Shown one piece after another: positions 36,461 through 47,400 of a stretch of 64,000 nt of DNA. The position numbers were made by a program, and so were the translations under genes. The DNA comes from Lama guanicoe (lineage: Eukaryota): contig MU054391.1 of the NCBI GenBank assembly GCA_013239625.1, positions 374,001-438,000 of the forward strand. Direction: 5' to 3'. The notes beneath the pieces were generated by a model. It did not search any database and was not told the origin of the DNA. It worked only from the letters and a program-made list of their open reading frames with translations. Each line of letters opens with the position of its first letter. Position 1 is the stretch's first letter.

Positions 36461-39400
36461 ACCAGGTAAACATAAATGAAGGGGAGAGCTCAGCCCCTGG
36501 TTGTCTTTATTAAAACCTGGTGGACATGAAAACATTATAAAAACCTTTCTGAAATGTGATTCAGTTTTCACATAAAGTCTTGAAAGTGCCCTTACCCAGA
36601 TTCATTTTCAGAAATATTGATAAATTTCAACTTGAGACAGAGATTCACCTAAATTATCCATTTTGATGTTATCTTCATGTCCATGAAACCTAAACTTACA
36701 GGGTTTTGACTTGCTGCGTAACAGGATTTTCCGAGGCCTCAAGCAGGTCACAGAGCGTTATTCACAGGAGAGGAGTGACCACAGCGGAGACGCTGAGCGG
36801 ACACCGACTTGATCAGTGAGCAGCAGTAATCCTGCCATGATGAGACCGTCTCCTCCGGAGACACAAGCCTCCTCTTTTGACTTGTGGTTCGTCTCAGAAC
36901 TCTCATGTCGCGGAATGAAAGTCACGGTTACCTGAACTTGGGAGGACCAGTCCACCTCTAGGGTCCAACACAGACCCCCGCAGACCCCGGCGTGGGACTC
37001 CGTGCGCCTGCTCAGTGACTGTCGAAGGCCCAGTAGGTCTCGGGGCCAGCCGACAAGTCCAGCTTGCCTGGACCCCCAGGAGTGAGGGCCCCAAACACCA
37101 GGTCAGCCCAGAGCAGAGCACCGGCGTTCCTCGAGTTTGACGTCCAGGTGGGGAGACAAAAGATGTGTGTGCACTTGTGCGTGTGCGTGTGTACATGTGA
37201 GCGTGTGTGCGTAACTTCCACTCACACCAGATTGTATCTAGTGAGCGCGGCCTAAAGATGTTTACAAATGCTGCAAAGTGAGGGCAGGACTAGAGAGCCG
37301 CCCCTGGGCGGAGCGCTTCCTGAAATCAGCCTGGACTCATCCCAGACTTTCTGTCCTCACTTTTAGAGCAAATGGATGGGACGTTCTATGCGTATCTTTT
37401 CAAATAAAACATCTCCTCTTATTTACTTGTATTTTGGGCAATATTTGCCTCTAGGACAGAACTGTGTTACAACCCACAGCCACATGGCTTATGCTCTTCC
37501 AGCTCGATTTAGGCAATTATTTTAAAAAATACAACGTGAATAACTAACATCTTGAGCTGAATATAAATTAACAGGTTTTTCCACAGAAAAAACTTACTTC
37601 TGCATAGTATTTATCATGTAGTATATCATATATGCTACATATGAAGGTATATGGTATTGATAGCAAAAAACTGTGTTATCAGTACAGATATTACCTTTTC
37701 TCTTTGGAAAGTAAAAAACACAAATATTACTAAGGATGAAGTATTCTTCATAATCACGTTTATTTCCAAGGTGGTGCCGTCAGCACCCTCATGGACGCAC
37801 AGGTGTGAATGCACGTACACACGTGAGACTGGGCACTGGTGAGCTGCTCTCATTTAATGAAAAGCTCCAGTTGGGTCTCTTGCCAGTTTCTCGGGCGACA
37901 ATACTCCGACCGCGGCCGACCTCCAGCTGCAAACACGCCTTCCTCCCCGGCAGACTCAGGAAGAGACATAAACGTCTGGTCCCCGTGAGCCGGTTCCAGA
38001 ACACACCTTATTGACAGGTGCACGTTGTCACATACACGGCACTGTGTTTTGTCATAAAGTGTATCATTCAGTGTGTCCATTCTCTAACTTCGTTTTCTCC
38101 TACCACATTGTGGACCTCGGCTAACACACATAAATGGTAAATAGACCTCATTCTCAGTAACAGCTGCGCAAAAAAATGCATGTATTTAACTGATGCATGT
38201 TTAGTCCCTTTTACTGTGTAAAGACGGCATTCCCGGTACCTCTCTGTTCTAACGAGGCTGTGATGCAGGTCTGAGTGCACGCCTGTGCGTGTGTGCAGGC
38301 GGATTTCACAGTGGCGTAGATAAATTCACAGGTGGGCATTGCTGAGCTGTAAAGCCCACATACTCCCCTCTCAATGTCTGTCTCCTTTTCCTCAACTTGG
38401 GGACTATGACATCAGTGTTTGAAGGCACCAGTGTGACTGGGAGGTGCACAGCCGCTCCCCAGCACTGTCCTCTGAGCAGACACGGACGCCACCCTTCCTC
38501 CCCCACGCCGTCTGAAGACCCCCAAGACCACGCCCTCTTCTGTTAAGAGAAACGGGGAAACCCCACAGACCAAGTTTAGGGTCAGTGAAACTGAAAATAT
38601 ATTTTTACCTTTGTCCAGATTGACCCTGACCATTGGCCCCTTTCTTAAATGTTCTGGGAAAAATAACTAACTATGGTTTTAATTTTCTGAAGTTCAACTT
38701 GCAACTGGGCCTTCAAGTAACTACAGAGACTGAGCCGTTTTTTCATTAGTTGGTAGAAATATGGTAAGTGATCATGAGATAGTCTTTTTCTTAAAAAATT
38801 CGTGGATTTGTTTTACTAGTTACTGAATTTCTAGTTCAGACAACACCAAGAGCTTATGTCGTAGGCAAACATACTTCTTCTGTAGCAAATGTGGTTTAAA
38901 AACACAAGAGTTTTCTGCATGTAGGAAGATGGAGAAAGCTGCATTCGACCACCTCTCTGGAAAAAAGAGCAAGCGTGAAGGCTGGGTGTGATACAGCACT
39001 GGGTCTGAGCACAAGGGAGAAGAGCCAGTGCCCCAGAGCCTTGGATGAGGATGCAAGAGGAGGGAGCTCTGAGACGACCTCACGTCCTGTGTGGCTTCTG
39101 ATCAGGGAATCTGCGCATCTGTAAACAGCTCTGGGCCGAGAAACTGAGCAGACACAGCAGCTTCGAGCACTCTGCGGTCCTCTGGGTCTGGAGAAGTAAA
39201 GGTGGAGTTCCGGCTCCCGAAGCAGCCGGGACTTGAGGGGCTGAGACCGCAGAGAAAGGAAAGCCCTGCACAGGTGGGGCTGGAGGGGTCCTGAGTCCTC
39301 CTGGGAGGCCCTCGGCGGGCTGGCACCCCTGTGTGTGGGGTGAGGGGGGCCGAGAGAGGCCTGAGCATCTGGGGCCAGCTGAGCCGACGTCCTGTAGAAG

Positions 39401-39859
39401 GGCCACCTTTCTGAGAGCTCGGTTAGGTACACGGGCACTAAGTCAAACAGCAAATAGATCTGCGAGTAACAGGAGCCCCTGATGGAGAAGAGAGCTGTGA
39501 AGAGGGTGGGCGACCCTGCGCAGGGATCTGGAAGGAAGGGTGTGTGTGAACTTGCACAAAGGTGTGGGCGGCCAGCAGAGAAAGACAAGTGTGTGCATAG
39601 ACACACTTACATTTATACATAAGAAATTTTAGATATGTGCTTCGTAGTTCTGTCTGCCAAGGGAGCTGGGAGCTCGTAGTTTCGCAGCAGAGAGCCCTTC
39701 GAGCATAGATTTCACTAAGTACCATTCTCTGTTCTCCACTAACAGGAGTCAGGGCTCCTGGGGTGCGGGCTGCTGTTGGGACAGAGTGAAAAAGCAAGTC
39801 TGGACAGAAATGAGGAAGTCCTCAGGGCATGATGGGGACACTTGAAGGACACAGGAGTC

Positions 39860-41350
39860 AGCTCCCAGGGGCTCTAATTGGCCAGATCTGGCACAATGTG
39901 AGCATCAAAATAGTGATGGAATATAACCCAATGAATGGAAGAGGTGTAAATAAATGTCTTCACACTGATACAGATTGATGAACGAGTAAGTAAACACATT
40001 TGTGCAGAGTACCAGGCAGCGAGTGGGGAAAGACGAAGCTACAGATTCACCTTTTGGCAACCATCGTAGTAACAACTGATTCAAGCAAGAGTCAGCAATG
40101 GGTTACTAAATATCCACTTTCAACTTACAGGGCAGCCCAGCCTCCACGGCGACCTCCAGAGACGCAGGGATGAGCTGGCCTTCGCGTCCTGGCCTCCCAC
40201 ATGGAGTCCGGGGTGGCCCTGCGTGACCCACCATGTTCATGCAGAGGGAGTGATGATGTGAGCCTCTGACATCACAGCTGGGTCTCTTGGACCGCTTGTT
40301 CTGGGGGAAGCCGGCCACCGTGCTGGGAGGACGCTCACACGGCCCCTCACAGGGGACCAGACGGAGAAGGTCCCAGAGGCTCAGTCTGACCGTCACAGGA
40401 CTGCAGGCCTGGTATGCCCCCAGCTGTGACCTCCCGACACACTCTGAGCTAGAAGCACTTAGACCGGCCCCTCGCGAGTGTCTGGTCCACAGAATCCGTG
40501 TGGGACGGTACACCAGCAGAGCTGGAAGCCGCTGCGTTTAGCGTGGTCTGTTGTGCGGAATGCGACCACCCATAGGCAAATTTACAGTGATCTCTTATTG
40601 ACAGATGTATTCGTTGTTACTTACTAACGAGCACGGCCCCATATTCATTAACTCATTCCACAGTGGAGAAACCCGGCAGACACTTTTAGCCAAGAGATAA
40701 CGCTGATGTCACCAGAACCAGGACAAGTGAGCACCATGAGTCTTCTGCCATGATGCACACAAAGCCGTGTGTGTGCTACTTCAGCCAAAATGTATTAAGG
40801 AATCAAGGAAAGAAGGAAACCTGGACGACTCCTGTGTGCTGTCCTATACTCTTGAAAATGTCAAGATTGAGATTGAAGGGAACCAAAGGGACGTCAGCTA
40901 ATGGCAGTTGGCGATCCTGAAACTAACGGCAGATCACGATCCTGAACTGGTTCAAAGCAGGAGGGATGACAGAAAAGGGAGAAAATCAGTTATTACGTAT
41001 GTATTGCTATGGTAGTACGTTCTTGGGAAAATTGGTGCAGTTTGACTGTGGTCCGTCATTATCGTGTGAGTGGTAATTTTCCAATTTTAATGTGTATGCT
41101 CCAAAGGTGAGAGACTGTGTCTGAGTTTTAGGAAAAGCATGTTAAGTACTCGGGGTGATGGCGCCTTGTGTCTGCAAAGTACTTTTCGCTCACTTCAAAA
41201 AATAATCTGTATATAAATAGAGAGAAACAGAATCCTAGGGCAAATGCAGTTAAATACGGGCAACTCGGGAATCTAGACGAGGTAAGTGGAAGGTTTCATA
41301 CAACTGCAACTTTTCTGTAAACTTGGAATTATTTCAAAATTAAAAGTCAG
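39860..41350 (+). mobile_element. L1MC-like 3' end split by an LTR
   Basis: ttggcaaccatcgtagtaacaactgattcaagcaagag, cagtggagaaacccggcagacac, and terminal tgcaacttttctgtaaacttggaattatttcaaaat. Confidence 0.7.
40125..40575 (+). mobile_element. MaLR MLT1F/G-like LTR nested in the L1MC
   Basis: ttctgggggaagccggccaccgtgctgggaggacgctca..ctgagctagaagcac..tccacagaatccgtg..aagccgctgcgtttag is colinear with recalled MLT1F. Confidence 0.65.
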
Positions 41351-42249
41351 TAAGTTAAGAAGACACTGTTTACATGCAGTTTTCAGACACAACCGAGAAA
41401 GAACTCTATGTTGACCATGAAAATTTTAGAGTTGGGTTTCGGACAGGAAATTCATACCAGGTTATTCCCTCTCAGAGTTTCAGGATATTCAGTGTTTCAT
41501 GATTTATGATCATTATTATTGTGCTAGAGCCCCATTATTAAAAAAACATGCACAACCCTAACACATAATGCATGAAAACAGAGGTGCTGCTGTTAAAAGC
41601 AGAATCATTTAGCTTTCCAAAGGCAGCCCCAGAGCACCTGAAATGACCAGAATCACACAATTTTAGTGTAGAAAGGATCCCAGAAATCGTTGAATAAAAC
41701 TGTATTTTATAAATAAGTTAACTTTACTCTGGAAAAAAATACTATGACCATATTCTTTCAACAATTTAATAGTAAAATTTGAACAAAACTCAAGTCTTGT
41801 AAACTCAACACTTCTGCGTTTCTCTCTCTTCAGCTCCTGGGATGGGTCTTCCCTTGGGGTTAATAAGACAGTGTCTTTGTGTATCTTGCAGAAATTTAGG
41901 ATCTCAGAGGTTATACGCATGCACTCTTTTTTAAAAATGTAACATCAAATAACAATCCTTCATACTTTCTTTTTCTTATGCTAGATTTTGCTATAAATAA
42001 AAAAAATGGTACAATATTTCTTACCAATTCACCCAAGAAATTATTGTGTTCAGGGCACTGTGCCAGGGACTAAAAGGATCTAATTTTTGCATTTCAGGAG
42101 CTTCTAAGTGTAACCCAATGAGCATTAAGAAGCGTCAGTAGATTTCTGCACAGGAGATTTGGGGATACAAAGGAGAGAGAAATCTGCAAAGCCAAATTCT
42201 TCTCGTCATCTGGGTTAGAAACCCAGCCTGCTCAGCAGTTGAAACAAGT

Positions 42250-43040
42250 TGTAAATTGGTGCAGCCACTATGGAAAACAGTATGGAAGTACCTCAAAAAA
42301 GAAATAGAATTACTACTATACTCAGAAATCCCCCTTCTGGGTATATAACCAAAGAAAATGAAAGCAGGGTATTGAGAAAAGCTATCTGACTCTCATGTTC
42401 AATCAGCATTATTCACAACAGCCGCGACATAGGTACAACTCGAGTGTCCGGTAACGGATGAATGGATAAAGAAGACGTGGGGTGAGAGTGCGCGTGTGTG
42501 TATGTGTATGTATCATGATACAGCAGATAGATGTGTACGTGTGTGCACCTGACTTACATACACGTGTGCATCCGTGTGTATTATGCTCACATGTGATGAC
42601 TATTGCACAGCCACGAGAAAGAAGGAAAACTTACCACTTGCAACAACAGGGATGAACTTTGAGGGCATTATGTTAAGTGAGACCAGTCAGTCAGAGGCAG
42701 ATGCATACTGTGCAGTCTCAAGTGTGGAATCTAAAAAAGCCCGGCTCGGACGAAGAGAGTAAATCGGGGTTGGGGGACACAGGATGTTGTTCAGTTATAA
42801 GGTGAACACATCCTGGGGCTCCCACGTTCAGCCTGGTGACTGATCAGTACTGTGTTACATGCTTGCAAGTTGCCGAGAGTAGGTTATAGATGTTCTCACC
42901 ACCAAAAAGAAATGGTAATTATGTGAGCTAATGAAGGTATCAGCCAACTTAGGGTGGTGATCACATTGCAGTATTAGAAGTGTATGAACCCAGCACTTCG
43001 TACACCTTAAAGTAACACTTTTCAAGTCCATTCTCTTTTG
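42250..43040 (+). mobile_element. LINE-1 3' end (L1MA9-like)
   Basis: gtaaattggtgcagccactatggaaaacagtatgga, gagggcattatgttaagtga, tgttctcaccaccaaaaagaaatggtaattatgtgag. Confidence 0.88.
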
Positions 43041-43399
43041 ATGGAGCTGGAAAACACCAGGCTGGCGTCAGAAAGAGCAGCGTCTTTAATTTTTGTTCCA
43101 TTCCACCTGCGGAGGGGGGCGGGCGCCACCCGCCACCCCAGCTGTCCGGCTTTCCCGGCCTTGGAAGGACAATGAAACTGGCTTCCTGGGACGAAGAGCT
43201 GTGCGCGTTCGTGCCGCTGCGAGTGTCGGGGGACTAGGGAGACATCGATTTGGGAAGGGAGGAAAATAAATGCTTCTTTTAAAACGTTGGTTGCGTGGTT
43301 TGTGTGTGTGTGTTTCTGAGATTTTCCCCAAACTAATTTTCCTTTACATTTAAATTAGGATGACTTGCGTCTACACACCCCAGTACCGTCGTCCTGAAA

Positions 43400-44160
43400 G
43401 AGCAAGGGAACAGCCCACGCGCTGGTGCCCGAGTCACAGTCTGGGGTGCGAGGCCAGGGTCAGGCCCAGCCGTGCGCCCCGAGGCGCCCCCGGAGCCTCC
43501 ACGCCCGGGCGCGGGCGGGCGCGCATTTAGGCTTCTGTGCGCTTTCCTGTCCTGGAGGTCCCCGGGGTCCAGCGTCAGCGCCCGTGTGAAGGGCAGGTCG
43601 CAGGGGGGCGGTCCCTAGGGACCCGGAAAGCAGCGCGGTGGCGACCGTCCGAGGGCCTGGAAGGCCCAGGGGCGCCACGCTGTGGTCTAAGGGTCGACCC
43701 CAGTCAGATCAAGCAGGGGGCAGGGGCGGGAAGGGGGCGCCCGCCCGAGGGAGCCTCAGCACCCAAACCTATCATCCTCCCGCTGGGCCCCGAGCGCCCG
43801 GGCCTCGGCCCCACCGGTGGGAGACCCTCCGCGCCCGCGCCCTCGGCGCCTCCGCGCCCCGCCCGCGCCTGCAGCGGGTCCCCGCCCCTTGGCAGCCCCT
43901 CCTCTCCGGGGGCGGGCGGGGGCGGGGCCAGTGGGAGGGGCGAGGAGCGCGGCCCCTCCCGCCGCCGCCCGCGGAGCCCGAGCAGAGAGCGGCGCGGACG
44001 CGGTGCCCGCGGGGCCCTTGGCTGCTCGCGAGGGGCCCCGGCGCTGAGCGCCCCCGGCCCGGAGTGCGGGCCCCGCCGAGTTGGGGGCGATGAGCGCCGA
44101 GGGAGCCCCGACCCCGGCCGCCTGCTGGTGCCCGCGCGGGTGAGTGCCGACCCCCGCGGC
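43400..44160 (+). promoter_or_regulatory. SNTG2: CpG-island promoter and 5' UTR of SNTG2
   Basis: Very high CpG density; tandem GC boxes ggggcgggcgggggcggggcc (~43909-43929) directly upstream of exon 1; no TATA box seen. TSS not determinable. Confidence 0.85.
44090..44139 (+). CDS. SNTG2: Gamma-2-syntrophin coding exon 1 (frameshifted in this assembly)
   Basis: ATG at 44090 (G at -3) reads MSAEGAPTPAA; the shifted frame reads LLVPAR ending at donor CGG|GTGAGT (44139|44140). Recalled human N-terminus: MGTEGPPPPAASRGRQGCLLVPAR|TKTT. Confidence 0.85.
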
Positions 44161-44164
44161 CGTT

Positions 44165-44400
44165 CGTTCTCGGCGCCCCCCCCCCGGCCCCCTTCTTCCC
44201 TCCGCGCGCTGCCTTCCCCTCTGCGTCCCTTTCTCCCCCAACGCCCCTTCCTTCCCTCCGAGCCCCCTTTCCCTCCCCCCGCCCTGTCCTCACCCCGTGC
44301 CCCCTTCCCCTCTGCGCCTCCGCCTTCCTTCCCGACGCCCCCTCCTCACCCGGCTCCCCCTTCCTTCCGGCGTCCCCATCCCTGTCTCCCCGGGGGCTCG
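44165..44400. repeat. C-rich polypyrimidine low-complexity tract
   Basis: Repeated ccct/cccc/ttcc runs immediately after the exon 1 donor. Confidence 0.85.
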
Positions 44401-47400
44401 TGCAGGCTGACGGGCGCCAGGACCCCGGGCACAGTGGGCTTTCGCCCCCTGACCACTCAGTCCCCCAACCCCAGTATCCCAGATGGAAACTGTGGGCTTT
44501 GCCTTCTCCCTGTCTTGAAGGCTGGCTGGGCAGGTGCTTGGGTTCTGTGGCCGTGGGAACCCGGTTTTCCAGAACTGGGGATTGGGGATTCACTCCTCAT
44601 ATCTTCCTGTGTGCATCTTCGGAGCCCAGGGTCCATCGGAGGCGAGCCCCTGGATGGGCGCGCGTCGGGGTCGCTGGCGCCGCTTGGTCCTGGGGGCCTC
44701 TGCCGGATTCTGAGGGCCCTAGCCGAGTGCCCAGCAACTCAGGGGACAGCTCAGCTCTCAGCACCGAATTCTTAATACGGAGCCTGTGCGTGACATCTAT
44801 TCTACCCCTATCCCAAAAGACTCCCCCTCCACCCTCTTATTTTTAAATAACTGAACTACCGGGGGAAAACAGAAATGTGGCTCAGACAAAAACGAAAAGT
44901 TCTTGGAAACCTTCGAGTTGCCACCCACAGCATAACCGAGTGTTCTGGAAACAATTTAAGGATCCTGAGCCCGGGAGGCTCTGGGCTAATAGGCTAATCC
45001 GCGTGCTCCCATAACCGCCTTCTGTAGGGTTTGTCCCTGCAGAGCCCCTGATCTCAGGAGTAACCAAAAACCCGGCATGTATTTAGCTGTGCGTCTCAGG
45101 ACAGCTGACAAATGTTTCAGCAGACTGTGGATTGAAGACTTTTATAAATGCTCATGTCAGAATGCCTCTAAACCAGGCAGTAATTCTTGTATGTTTTTCT
45201 TTTAAAAAATATATATGTAGAGATAGTTGCCTCTTCCACCAAGCTGTATCATTCTGAGACGTTACTGTGAAATCTTGAAATTAAATTTCACGTGAAGTTC
45301 TGTGTTGAGTGTTTTACATTCTTTGTCATGGAGCAGTTTTCCAGCTACTGGAAATTAAACCACCAGATGGGCTTGGAATAACTGGAAGTGAGCTGCTTGT
45401 GCGAGGAGAGCGGCTGGGAGTCAGGGGCGCTCTGCTTCGTCACTGCCTTGAGTTCACAGCGATGCTCCCTGGGTGGGAGCTGCACATCTCCTTGCGGTAG
45501 TCCCACAGCCGGCTTGTTTACAACCGCGGTGATCATAGAGGAGCAAACAAGTGGGTTCATCGTACTGCATGCTTGACCCAGCTGAGGGGTATGAGCAATA
45601 ACTTCAGGTTTTCAAAAGCTTGTCACCTGAGATCCTGAAATAAGTTCTCTCCAGGCTGCTAAGTGTTGGCTCCTTTAAGACACTGAATTCGGGGCTCAGA
45701 CAAGGGGCTCCATCCTATTTACTGAGGATGTAATTAGTGCTCCCTTTATAATAAGGGCCTGGGTTCTCCCATGCGACCTATGTGACTTGCACTGGCAGGG
45801 AACCGATGTCAGCATTATGACAGAGCAGGCAAGAGCAGGAGGGTCCCTCTGCTTTCACGAATAGAAGACACGTTCTGCGTGTGCTCCAGCCTGCGGAAAG
45901 GTTCAGGTTCTGCTCATTTAAAATGAATTTGCTGAATGTTCTGTTTACACATGTCTTTTTAAAACAGGACCGTTCATCGCACACAGTCATGGCTGGCACG
46001 TTTGCTGCAAAGTGGCATGTCCACCTTTGCTCCGTGAATCTTTAACAGCCATTCGTTTGTACTTGAATCACTGCAGACTAGACAACCATGCAGATTTACT
46101 GATTTTCTTATCAGTAACTATCCGTAATATCATTGAATTGCAAAGTTATTTAATCATTTCGGTGAAGAAGGAGAACTTAGTGCTTCTAATTGGAAAAATG
46201 ATGACAACAAAGCAAGTTGGTTTAAACCCACTATATTTCTGGTTGTAAACGTTTTTTGAAGTCAGAAACACAACATGCTCTTTGTGGCTGCTTGTTTAAA
46301 TCAGAATTTGGCCAGATTTGAACGTCGCCTGTTCAGCGCTGGAGCTGCTTTTTCCTCCTTGGCTTTAGGTAGCTGCTCTCTGCTACACAAGCTTCCTGAG
46401 TTGAGCCAGTTCACACCCTTATCCCTGACCCTCCCTGTGTCCCGCAGTGGACCCCGGCTGGAGAACCACCAGTATGGTGTGCTGAGTGTGCCCTGCTTTG
46501 GGTTCAAACACTGCTGTGGATTTGTGCTGAACACACATTTTCTGTTTTTAATCAGCAGCACTGCTTCAGTCTGAGGGGCTGGAAGCAGGGGAGAGCCAGC
46601 CATGTGTGAGTCCCCCCGAGGAGCCGGGGGACAGGAAGGTGCGACCACGGCAGGCCGTTTAGAATGTGCGTCTAGGAATGGAAGCACTTACTCACCCGGT
46701 GAGAGATGCGAACCCCTGCACGAGTTAGGCAGGAACCCCGTGGGGAGGCTGTCCGTTGCTTTTACACTTCTGTTATGTGCCTCGTCCTTGCTGACTCGTC
46801 TCTGATCTCAGGTGTAGAACTTTTGATGATGTCCGTGACCCCAAAGCAAGATTCATATCTTTCAAATGGGGAATCCCCTGATTTGACCAGGAGATATGTT
46901 TCCTAATGAACAGTTTAATAAGATCCAAGTTAGAAAAGCATGCTTATTTATGGAAAATATCAGATGTAAGAATTGCCTCGTTTCACCAAATAACATGGGT
47001 AGAACCACGACCTTTTAGGTTGACACATCTGTGTAGACATGTAAATATAAATACAGCTTTTTAAATGTCGACTTTAGTTCCATTTTCCAAGACGGCCCAG
47101 GAGACACACTTCGAGGCAGCTGGCAGGAGGGCAGAGTGACGCGCATCAGGCCACAGGGACGAGTGACATGTGGAGACACTGAGCTGCTTTATACTCAGGG
47201 TGGAGGGAGGTGAGCCCCGTGAGAGATTTTGTATCCAGCTCCGTCTGCTGAGTGGGTGCGCTCGCTCTAGAATTTGGAAGCAGTGTGATATCCTGGCTCA
47301 CCTGCCCCTCAGGAAGACCCAGTAAGACGGGCACGCCAGGTCCCTTCCGCCCTCCTGGCCCCTGCGTGTCCTGCACGGTGCAGATGCACCAGGGCAGGTG

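Noticed and set aside
43537..44775. 412-aa ORF as a standalone gene
   Set aside because: GTG start, Pro/Gly/Arg/Ala low-complexity translation of a CpG island, and it runs through the exon 1 splice donor; only LLVPAR matches a known protein.
45950..46150. Possible SNTG2 exon 2 after acceptor ttttttaaaacag (45966-45967)
   Set aside because: No frame resembles the syntrophin exon-2 peptide and no convincing donor follows.
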